IMG/VR virus record: IMGVR_UViG_3300010354_000002
Span: 1-64,000 of that record
Source: a virus
Length of the DNA stretch: 64,000 nt
Reading direction: 5' to 3' (one strand)
The notes under the pieces are model-generated. The model saw nothing but the letters and a program-made list of their open reading frames with translations, was not told the DNA's origin and did no database searches. Position 1 is the first letter of the stretch. Each line of letters opens with the position of its first letter. Made by a program: the position numbers and the translations under genes. Below, one piece after another: positions 39,089 to 46,311 of this stretch.

Positions 39089-40057
39089 TCAAGCGTCTGG
39101 GCTGAACGAAAGCGCATGGATTACGCCGTCCTGTGCGTTGTCCACCCAGTCAATCCCGTCCAACAATCGTAGCCGTATGTCCCATTCAACGTGCGAGATG
39201 ATCTTTCGCTGATCTTCGTCCGAAAGGACAAGGAAACTCGCCTGATCGCCTCGCAATGCGTTCATCCGGGCACGCTTGAGGCCGTTCGCTTCAGCCGTCG
39301 CAATCTTCTGTGCCTTGGTTGGTTCGGCTTGCTTGGCTTGCTCCTCAAGGAGCGCATCAAAATGCCCAACGACGCTGCGGAACGTAACCATCGCTGGACT
39401 AGACCACCGCTGAAGGGCATTGCGGGTGGCAGCGGCAACTTCGGCTGGGGTCCGTCTCGCCTCAATCAGATAGTCCAGTTCGGCACGGAACTTGTCCAGT
39501 ACGGACAGAGGGAACCTCTCGCCAACAATGTGGCGTGCTGTCGAGAATGCACGGTACAGGGCTTTTCGATCCGGGGTGTACTCGTGCTCGTCCTGATCGT
39601 TATCGGGCCTAGGTAAGCCTTCTAGTATAGTTTTACGTTGTAGATTACTATCTATTTCATTTCGTCTATTTATGTGCGCCAAATTTGACACTGGGGGGGC
39701 GTCAAATTTGCTCCCCCCCGTGTCGTTTTTGACGCTGGGGGCGAAGTCTGCTGGAGTGCACACGACGACCTCGTTTGTCCTTTGTGCGCCGTCCTCCGAA
39801 AAGCGATTTGAACGTTGGATCAGGCCAAGGGATTCCAGTTCGTCGTTGGCCCTGTCAAGGGTCCGGAGCGAGCAACCGACCATCTCCGACAGCCGCTTGC
39901 GACTCGGAAATACACAGTTCCCAGACCATGCATGCGACTTATAGGCAAGCCAAAGCAGACGTGCCGCCATTGAAATTTCAGCGTCGAACATGACACTGTT
40001 GTGTGCTACCGTCCACGGCTCTTGCGTGGACAAACGTACATTGGTAACGTCTTGCAT
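39089..40057 (-). CDS. Replication initiator with N-terminal winged HTH
   Basis: FPSRKRLSEMVGCSLRTLDRANDELESLGLI; iteron-like repeats inside the gene. Confidence 0.8.
   Translation of the reverse strand: MQDVTNVRLSTQEPWTVAHNSVMFDAEISMAARLLWLAYKSHAWSGNCVFPSRKRLSEMVGCSLRTLDRANDELESLGLIQRSNRFSEDGAQRTNEVVVCTPADFAPSVKNDTGGSKFDAPPVSNLAHINRRNEIDSNLQRKTILEGLPRPDNDQDEHEYTPDRKALYRAFSTARHIVGERFPLSVLDKFRAELDYLIEARRTPAEVAAATRNALQRWSSPAMVTFRSVVGHFDALLEEQAKQAEPTKAQKIATAEANGLKRARMNALRGDQASFLVLSDEDQRKIISHVEWDIRLRLLDGIDWVDNAQDGVIHALSFSPDA
39620..39745. other. Putative replication origin (iterons plus AT-rich tract)
   Basis: TTTGACACTGGGGG, GTCAAATTTG and TTTGACGCTGGGGG repeats beside an AT-rich stretch within the initiator gene. 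Confidence 0.55.
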
Positions 40058-40070
40058 TCTGTCCTGCCAT

Positions 40071-40150
40071 AAAAATCAATCCCCTCCCAGCGGAAAGGAT
40101 AAAACACTAGGAGGGGAGAACCACGGCGCGGAAAGGAGGAAACACGCCGT
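40071..40150 (-). ncRNA. Twin-hairpin structured RNA with anti-SD loops and a U tract
   Basis: ACGGCG[TGTTTCCTCCTTTCCG]CGCCGT, then TCCCCTCCTAG[TGTTTTATCCTTTCCG]CTGGGAGGGGA-TTGATTTTT. Confidence 0.6.
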
Positions 40151-40185
40151 AGTATGTAGGCCGCCAACGGTGGCCGATATTGTTA

Positions 40186-40458
40186 TCAGCGTTTCTTGGC
40201 TGCTGGACTGGCAACCGCAACAGGCTCAGGGCGGGGATCAAGGTACACCACGTGTGCGTTCGTCCAGTCGCCGTCAGGCATCCTCCACGGCGTAGTGTCT
40301 GCCGTCAGAGCCTTCCAGCAGTCCTCCGAGGCACGAAACTCATCGGACAAAAAAGCGCAGACCGAGAGCGATTGACTCTGCAGCGCTTTATAGGACTCGC
40401 AAAGTTCCTCCACCGACTTCACGTCATTCAGATGGACGTTGAAACGTCGTTCAATCAT
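40186..40458 (-). CDS. Hypothetical protein
   Basis: GGAGG RBS. Confidence 0.65.
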   Translation of the reverse strand: MIERRFNVHLNDVKSVEELCESYKALQSQSLSVCAFLSDEFRASEDCWKALTADTTPWRMPDGDWTNAHVVYLDPRPEPVAVASPAAKKR

Positions 40459-40582
40459 GCCAATCCTCCATATCGGGATGATCCCGTTGTTCCCACCAGC
40501 CAGCCACCCTGATCACACATGCGATCAGGATGGCCAGCGCAACGATTGGTACGGCGATAACTGCCATGGCTAAGTTATACAT
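40451..40582 (-). CDS. Small membrane protein (43 aa)
   Basis: Hand translation MYNLAMAVIAVPIVALAILIACVIRVAGWW…; overlaps both neighbours. Confidence 0.5.
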   Translation of the reverse strand: MYNLAMAVIAVPIVALAILIACVIRVAGWWEQRDHPDMEDWHD

Positions 40583-41144
40583 CCTTATCCAGAGTTTTGA
40601 TTTTGGCTATGGTATAGCCGTCTTCGATCACGAAGCCGCTTGGGCAACGCCCCTCGGCAATCCATTCCTTTGTCGGCAATTGGCTGATCAGAACCTTCTT
40701 GGTAACCTTTACAGCCTCGGGCACGTTTTGCTCTGCCCAAGCAATCGCATCTCCCTCGGCGTCGTTGATGGCAACGCTCTGCCCTCGCGTGACAAACGAG
40801 ATCGTGCCGAACGGGGTTTTGTGCGTCTTGGATGCGTATGAGCCATCGGCCTTTCGGGGCAACAGGCTATCGGCGACGTGCTTGGCCTGTTGCTCGTAAC
40901 GCTCAAGCCACCAATCACGTTTCCGCTCGCGTTCAACAATGATCTTCTCCGCATTTGCGATAATCGTTTGCAACTCGGCTTTTGCCGCCGCCACATCCGA
41001 CTCATACCGCAACAGGCGACGCATGAAAACAAGCAAATCATCTTCGGTCTGAACGCCGGTGGCGTCCAATGCGCCGTCTACTGGCCCAGCGTACTCGCCG
41101 GTCTCCTCGTCCCACAAATCCTCTCCAATCCGTACGATTCCCAT
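40575..41144 (-). CDS. Gam-like / Gp157-like host-nuclease inhibitor
   Basis: Coiled coil followed by KTHKTPFGTISF; adjacent to the SSAP gene. Confidence 0.65.
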   Translation of the reverse strand: MGIVRIGEDLWDEETGEYAGPVDGALDATGVQTEDDLLVFMRRLLRYESDVAAAKAELQTIIANAEKIIVERERKRDWWLERYEQQAKHVADSLLPRKADGSYASKTHKTPFGTISFVTRGQSVAINDAEGDAIAWAEQNVPEAVKVTKKVLISQLPTKEWIAEGRCPSGFVIEDGYTIAKIKTLDKDV

Positions 41145-41145
41145 C

Positions 41146-41712
41146 TTATTTCCCTTCCTTCGTCAGTTTTACAATCAGATCCTGAAGTGTCTGTGCATTC
41201 ACCGGGCGGTCTTTCAGCATCATCTTGACCACCTTGTTCTGCTCCGCATGATCATCCGCTTTTGCAAGGCCCTGCTCCACAATCAGCGTGCGAACTGCCT
41301 GAGCCAACCGTTGAACATCTTCCTTCTTGTCCGGCTCGGCAGCCCGTGTCCGTTGCACCGGCGCATCTGCCAATCGGTCTCGCTCGTCCAGTTCGTCTGC
41401 CATGAACTGTGTCCCGTATCCCGCAATCCCTAGTGCTCGTCCAATGGCACCGGTCTCGCATTTCTCCAAAAAGTCGGGGAAGTCCTTGCGCGATTCCTGC
41501 TTGGTGCCAGTGGCTAAAAGGTTGCCGTCGGCGTCGTAGACCGATGCGCGGCAGACGGCAAATCCGCCCTCTATGTCAATCTGAAGAAAATCAGATTCAA
41601 TCCGTCCCCCGGGGTGTGCATTTCGGAACCACACCAACCTGAACGCTACGGGCAGATAATCCTTGCCCTTGAGTTTCATAACTCCAACCTTGACGCTATC
41701 TGGTATCTGCAT
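41146..41712 (-). CDS. Single-strand annealing protein (Rad52/Sak-like)
   Basis: KGKDYLPVAFRL…EKCETGAIGRAL…GYG. Confidence 0.7.
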   Translation of the reverse strand: MQIPDSVKVGVMKLKGKDYLPVAFRLVWFRNAHPGGRIESDFLQIDIEGGFAVCRASVYDADGNLLATGTKQESRKDFPDFLEKCETGAIGRALGIAGYGTQFMADELDERDRLADAPVQRTRAAEPDKKEDVQRLAQAVRTLIVEQGLAKADDHAEQNKVVKMMLKDRPVNAQTLQDLIVKLTKEGK

Positions 41713-41787
41713 TCTCTGTTCTCCTGTGCGAAGACCCCGTAGCCGGGGCCACGAGGTCTTTGTACCATGCGTTGACAAAACTGTCAA
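41713..41787 (-). promoter_or_regulatory. Promoter/hairpin/RBS cassette
   Basis: TTGACA-17-TACAAA; GGCCCCGGCTACGGGGTC; CAGGAGAAC. Confidence 0.7.
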
Positions 41788-41797
41788 ATCGCAAACA

Positions 41798-42145
41798 CTA
41801 CCCCTTGTTACGCTTGATATTGGTCGGGATGGTCTTGCATTGCAGCGTCTTGATCGGCGCAATGCCGACAATCTGCAATTCGACCAAAAACGCCTCTTGA
41901 TCTTCACGCAGGTCGTCAAACGCATGGCGTATGCAACTGCCGATCACGCTAGATCGAATTTCGTCCACGGTATGCGAAGCGAGCATCTGCCGTGCCGATC
42001 CCTTGCCGTCCTTGTTCGTGCTCTCGATAAACGACTCAGCGAACTCATGCACCTCGCTGTCAGCAAGATTCGACATGGTAATAACCATGCCCAGCCATTT
42101 CAGCCCAATCGGTATCTGAAACCGAGTTTCTGGTATCTCTTCCAA
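41798..42145 (-). CDS. Hypothetical protein (start uncertain)
   Basis: ORF within the minus-strand operon. Confidence 0.55.
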   Translation of the reverse strand: MEEIPETRFQIPIGLKWLGMVITMSNLADSEVHEFAESFIESTNKDGKGSARQMLASHTVDEIRSSVIGSCIRHAFDDLREDQEAFLVELQIVGIAPIKTLQCKTIPTNIKRNKG

Positions 42146-42291
42146 CGTTCCATCCTTTCTTCGTATCCCGGTGCTTCATGTCTGCCGTGCGGAGACCGGT
42201 CATCCATTGCACGGGCGAGTCTTGCGTTGTCGGACGCCTGCTGTAGCACCCACAACTCGGCATAGCCTAGTGCGCAATCCTGTGTTTTCAT
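42100..42291 (-). CDS. Hypothetical protein
   Basis: GAGG RBS; ATGA coupling. Confidence 0.6.
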   Translation of the reverse strand: MKTQDCALGYAELWVLQQASDNARLARAMDDRSPHGRHEAPGYEERMERWKRYQKLGFRYRLG

Positions 42292-42533
42292 AATTTCCTC
42301 TTGCCGGATGGTAATCCTTCGCGGCGTGCCAATTCGCTAAAACAATAAGCGACCTCGTCAAGGTAGTAGTCTGTGTTGATCCCCTCTGGATTCGCCTTGG
42401 CCGCCTCAGCGGCGTCTCGGGCAATCCACTTGATCCGATCCGACGACAACCGTCGCAGAAAGCGTTGGTACATAGCGTGGTCCATTACTTTCCGCATTGA
42501 TATCGCCTCCATTCGTTCACATCGAACGTCCAT
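42288..42533 (-). CDS. Hypothetical protein (start probably downstream of 42533)
   Basis: YYLDEVAYC…EL motif seen in phage early proteins. Confidence 0.65.
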   Translation of the reverse strand: MDVRCERMEAISMRKVMDHAMYQRFLRRLSSDRIKWIARDAAEAAKANPEGINTDYYLDEVAYCFSELARREGLPSGKRKL

Positions 42534-42895
42534 TGCTCTGCCTGATTCTGCAAAAATATGCGCGTTTCAGACTCGTTGCCGAATCGTGCCACATTGTTGT
42601 TGCCGTCCCACACGGTTTCGTACGCTGCGCTGATCCGTGTGATTTCGTCTGCATGGTTGCGCAGGAAATCAACAGCAGACGCATGCGCTCGCAGGTTCGG
42701 CCTGTCAACCAGCAAGACATGGCCATGGAACTCACGGAACGTCGAAGTGCCAGCAGGGCTGTACCCTACGATGATGCTTTTGGTGTCCCAGCAAAATGCG
42801 ATGGTGGGCACCTCTTGGCGCACTTTGTTTTTTGCGTCGCCACTGTAGGTCTCAAACTCCACCTTGAGATCGCCGATCAAAATCTGTTTAGCCAA
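42485..42895 (-). CDS. Hypothetical protein (TTG start)
   Basis: AAGGAG RBS after a promoter cassette; WDGNN motif. Confidence 0.65.
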   Translation of the reverse strand: MAKQILIGDLKVEFETYSGDAKNKVRQEVPTIAFCWDTKSIIVGYSPAGTSTFREFHGHVLLVDRPNLRAHASAVDFLRNHADEITRISAAYETVWDGNNNVARFGNESETRIFLQNQAEQWTFDVNEWRRYQCGK

Positions 42896-42963
42896 TGTCT
42901 TTCTCCTTGCGGGGTATTCTGCCCCGACACCAAGATGATACCGGGGCTGTACGGGGTTGTCAA
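42896..42963 (-). promoter_or_regulatory. Early promoter/hairpin/RBS cassette
   Basis: TTGACA-17-TATCAT; CGGGGCAGAATACCCCG; AAGGAG. Confidence 0.85.
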
Positions 42964-42966
42964 TGG

Positions 42967-43191
42967 TTACGGCAAATTTGTCCCAGTGTATTCGGCACCG
43001 GCAATCCAGCCATCCAGCCATAGGGATGCTTCCCTGATTCCCAACGCCTTGCCTACATGGTTGCCGCTGTGGTAATCAGACGGGCCGAGGTGGAAGCGGT
43101 AACGAATGACGCCGTCACCGGGCCTCCACTCGGTGACATACAGCCCGGCTCGTTGCGCTCGGGCAAGCAATTCAGTCTTGGTAACTCGCAT
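42967..43191 (-). CDS. Hypothetical protein
   Basis: AAGGAG RBS preceded by a hairpin (43211-43239). Confidence 0.7.
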   Translation of the reverse strand: MRVTKTELLARAQRAGLYVTEWRPGDGVIRYRFHLGPSDYHSGNHVGKALGIREASLWLDGWIAGAEYTGTNLP

Positions 43192-43246
43192 GATTTGTTC
43201 TCCTTGATTTGCCGGGAGATGGCGAACCACCTCCCGGCTACAGTGA

Positions 43247-43606
43247 CTATCGGTAGTTCGTAGGGTTGTGAACTTGGTGGGACAACCGCAACGCTTCATG
43301 GTACGCAAGGGCGGCATTGAACCCAATCTCTGCCTCTTTGGCCAAACGGCGCAAGGCAGCCTTCTTCTTGGCGTCAGTAGCGGCGGTGTTGTGTGCCACA
43401 ACCTCGTCGTCGCAAGCCTTCAGGTACGCTTTTACAAACTGAAACACGGATTCACTGAGAATGCTATCTGCCGCAAAGTTGGCCATTTGAAGGTGGAAAT
43501 TGGCCGACTCAGGACTCTTGACAGCGTGTTGCGCAACGCCCTTCAGATTGCGCACAACCTTGAACAACGGCTCCACAGACGAGCCAAGCGAGTGCTTGTT
43601 ATCCAT
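43247..43606 (-). CDS. Hypothetical protein
   Basis: AAGGAG RBS; first gene after the leftward promoter. Confidence 0.7.
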   Translation of the reverse strand: MDNKHSLGSSVEPLFKVVRNLKGVAQHAVKSPESANFHLQMANFAADSILSESVFQFVKAYLKACDDEVVAHNTAATDAKKKAALRRLAKEAEIGFNAALAYHEALRLSHQVHNPTNYR

Positions 43607-43766
43607 CGTAATTCTCCTTTGCAAGGGCGTTCTGCCCTGACACGACCATGTTACTACCAGTTCCCGGCGTTGTCAAGCCCAAAGAAAAAAAAGATTGGGC
43701 CTTGACAACATGGGCAGGCGGTTGTATCATTCAGCCGTCCCCGCACTACGGGGCAAGGAGAACCCA
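43607..43766. promoter_or_regulatory. Back-to-back divergent early promoter cassettes
   Basis: Minus: TTGACA(43671-76)-17-TAACAT with AGGGCAGAACGCCCT. Plus: TTGACA(43702-07)-17-TATCAT with CCCCGCACTACGGGG and AAGGAG. An A tract lies between them. Confidence 0.85.
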
Positions 43767-44249
43767 ATGCATAGCCTACATCTGACACCCGAGCAAGCCG
43801 AGCGAATCGGCGAGGTCTCGAACGGTACGTTGCGCACCCGAGATCTGTTGCAACGTTTTACAATTGCGTTGACTGCTGTTGTCAACTTGCTGACGACTCC
43901 CGAGACCGAAGGCTTCGTTGAAATCGTCGTCAATCGCATCCAGTTGGAAAACATCAAAAAGTTCATTGACAGCACCGATCCGTCCGATGCATATTTTGAA
44001 AACAACCAAGAGCATCAGGACGAGGCGTCGCAATGGATTGACCTGCTCTACGACTACCTCAACGGATTTGCGCCCGAGGGCTGGTATTTTGGATCGCATG
44101 AGGGCGACGGCGCGTGCTTCGGCTACTGGCAGTTAAGCGAGGACAGTGAAGCCGACCATGAACTGGTACGAGCAGATCCTAGGCAATGTCATTCCGAATA
44201 CGAACCCGTATGGGCTGATCCACGCGAAGGTTATCCCGAAGGGCTGTAG
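43767..44249 (+). CDS. Conserved phage hypothetical protein
   Basis: GTLRTRDL…APEGWYFGSHEGDGACFGYW motif. Confidence 0.75.
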   Translation: MHSLHLTPEQAERIGEVSNGTLRTRDLLQRFTIALTAVVNLLTTPETEGFVEIVVNRIQLENIKKFIDSTDPSDAYFENNQEHQDEASQWIDLLYDYLNGFAPEGWYFGSHEGDGACFGYWQLSEDSEADHELVRADPRQCHSEYEPVWADPREGYPEGL

Positions 44250-44257
44250 GAAAAACC

Positions 44258-44635
44258 ATGAAGACAATCATCCCGCCTAAATCTTCAGTTGGAACCATCG
44301 TCATTGATGGCGTCGCCACGGACTTCCACGTGGCGACGACCATGGGCGACTATGACACCGATCAGGGCTACAACCATTACATTGCCTGCCATTGCCGTGA
44401 GGAGGGCTACCAACCCGTAGTCAATGCGCAGCCACGATCAACCTTCATCGAAGCCGAGGCCGATGCGCTAAACACGATTGTGCGCTACGGACAAATGATT
44501 GAAATGCAGTCGGAACTTGCAGTTCACCATGTCAGGTTCGTGGTGCTTCAAAACGAAATCGCCAACATCAAGATCGTTCAAGTGCGACTTGAAACAACAG
44601 AAAGCGAAGAGGAAAAAAACAATGACCTTCGGTAA
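44258..44635 (+). CDS. Hypothetical protein
   Basis: AGGA RBS; in operon. Confidence 0.65.
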   Translation: MKTIIPPKSSVGTIVIDGVATDFHVATTMGDYDTDQGYNHYIACHCREEGYQPVVNAQPRSTFIEAEADALNTIVRYGQMIEMQSELAVHHVRFVVLQNEIANIKIVQVRLETTESEEEKNNDLR

Positions 44636-44954
44636 TTTTGAACTGAATAGTGACCAGTATGGTTTGATTCCGTCACACACATTGCATGCTCTGGAGCAGT
44701 TCCTGAGCGATGGGCAACCGGTCGGCGGGTTTCTGACGGCGGTGCTGGACAACGACCTCAAAAATGCAATCGGGCGGGCCGACCGGGAAAACCTGTCGGC
44801 CTTGGAGCAGATCGTAAAGTTGATCTACAACTACTTCCCCGCTTTCTTCTTGCGGGAGAACTCCGTGGATGACTACCTCAATCAGGAGGCACGTTACACA
44901 CTAGGCGCAAATGGTGCCATCATCCGCGCAAACATCAAGGAGGTTGCGGTATGA
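44622..44954 (+). CDS. Conserved phage hypothetical protein
   Basis: GGFLTAVLDNDL…RADRENL motif. Confidence 0.75.
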   Translation: MTFGNFELNSDQYGLIPSHTLHALEQFLSDGQPVGGFLTAVLDNDLKNAIGRADRENLSALEQIVKLIYNYFPAFFLRENSVDDYLNQEARYTLGANGAIIRANIKEVAV

Positions 44955-45328
44955 CCCTCAAAATCCCACTAGACGTGCAACACAAATACGGTTTGGCATT
45001 GTGCCAATCCATTGTGCAGTCGTACAAACGACGACCAGCCGAGGATAGGCTAGACGACAGTCCAGTCGCCCACGTCGTAGCCAAACTGTCAAACAACGAG
45101 ATTGGCATACTAGTAGACGTGACTCCGCAATGGTGGGACGATCTTGTACTAGTTGACGTGGAGGTCACGACACACGCCGCCTACGGTTTGCGCACCATGC
45201 TAATTGAAATGATCAATGCACGGCTTCGTCAGGCCGATCTATGGGTGGACACCGACGAAGGAGTAGTACTACCGGAAGATCTGTACGAGAGGCTTTTCCC
45301 GGGCACAGAGGTTGCAAGCGATGGCTAA
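44951..45328 (+). CDS. Hypothetical protein
   Basis: AGGAGG RBS; ATGA overlap. Confidence 0.7.
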   Translation: MTLKIPLDVQHKYGLALCQSIVQSYKRRPAEDRLDDSPVAHVVAKLSNNEIGILVDVTPQWWDDLVLVDVEVTTHAAYGLRTMLIEMINARLRQADLWVDTDEGVVLPEDLYERLFPGTEVASDG

Positions 45329-45566
45329 TATTGAAGAGATTTCGGAAACATTTCGGACACTGACCAAGCAGGCGTTCGACTGCCTTGCCAAGGACACTGA
45401 TGCATACGGCGATCTACGTCATCGTTGGGAAGACGATTGGGTTCCCAATGTCCTGTATGCGCAACAAGAGACAAACGCAACTCCGGCTTCTGCCGGTCAT
45501 GCAATCTTTTTCGCCGCCTATTGCGTGGAGGCAGCACTAAGGCAATTTGAGGAGTTGGTGCGATGA
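45321..45566 (+). CDS. Hypothetical protein
   Basis: GAGG RBS. Confidence 0.65.
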   Translation: MANIEEISETFRTLTKQAFDCLAKDTDAYGDLRHRWEDDWVPNVLYAQQETNATPASAGHAIFFAAYCVEAALRQFEELVR

Positions 45567-45829
45567 GATGTTATGCGGTTTTCTACGGTGGTGGCTCGTA
45601 CAGCCACCCTTATGCCGATGAAGCGGAAGAGTTTCAGTCGCTCGCTGCCGTGAAGCGCAAGTACGCCGATGCTTTACGTGGACGTGATCGCCGGTATCCT
45701 TGTGTGGATGAAAACGCCCGTGTAACGGTATGGTTTTACGATCCCACAGCGGACGATGTGCGCGATCCGTATCCCGATGCAATGATTCGCGTGGGCAAGC
45801 GTGATGGGTTGCGCGTTGACAGGGTGTAA
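45563..45829 (+). CDS. Hypothetical protein
   Basis: ATGA overlap; GGGSY…DPYPD motif. Confidence 0.7.
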   Translation: MRCYAVFYGGGSYSHPYADEAEEFQSLAAVKRKYADALRGRDRRYPCVDENARVTVWFYDPTADDVRDPYPDAMIRVGKRDGLRVDRV

Positions 45830-45878
45830 GATCAGGCCGAGTTTGTTGTGGCGTATACTTGAAAGGTGAGGTGAACTG

Positions 45879-46304
45879 ATGAGCGCATTTTCCAATTACA
45901 TGGAAGAGAAGGTTGTCAAGTGGTCTTTTTCGGCTAGCAACTCAATGCCTACCCAGCCGACCAGCGTGTGGATTTCATTGCATACGGCCGACCCGGGCGA
46001 GACCGGTGCAAGCAACGAGGTAAGTGGTGGCAATTATGCGAGACGTGACGTCTCGCTAACTGGTGGATGGACTGTGGATCAGGATGGAAATGGAGACTGG
46101 CGTGCTCGGAACGCAAACACTATTCAATTTCCTTCCAGCGGAACTGTCACATGGACGGCGACAGTTAGTCATTTTGCAATCTGGGATGCAAACAGCGGAA
46201 CGCCTAATTGTCTGTACAAAGGCGTGTTGCAGGCGTCCAAGTCAGTCTCAAGCGGGGATATCTTTCAGTTCCTTGCGAACAACCTGACAATTACGCTTCA
46301 GTAG
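45879..46304 (+). CDS. Small virion structural (tail-fibre-associated) protein
   Basis: SNYME…SLHTADPGETG…EVSGGNYAR…HFAIWDA motif. Confidence 0.8.
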   Translation: MSAFSNYMEEKVVKWSFSASNSMPTQPTSVWISLHTADPGETGASNEVSGGNYARRDVSLTGGWTVDQDGNGDWRARNANTIQFPSSGTVTWTATVSHFAIWDANSGTPNCLYKGVLQASKSVSSGDIFQFLANNLTITLQ

Positions 46305-46311
46305 GTAGATT

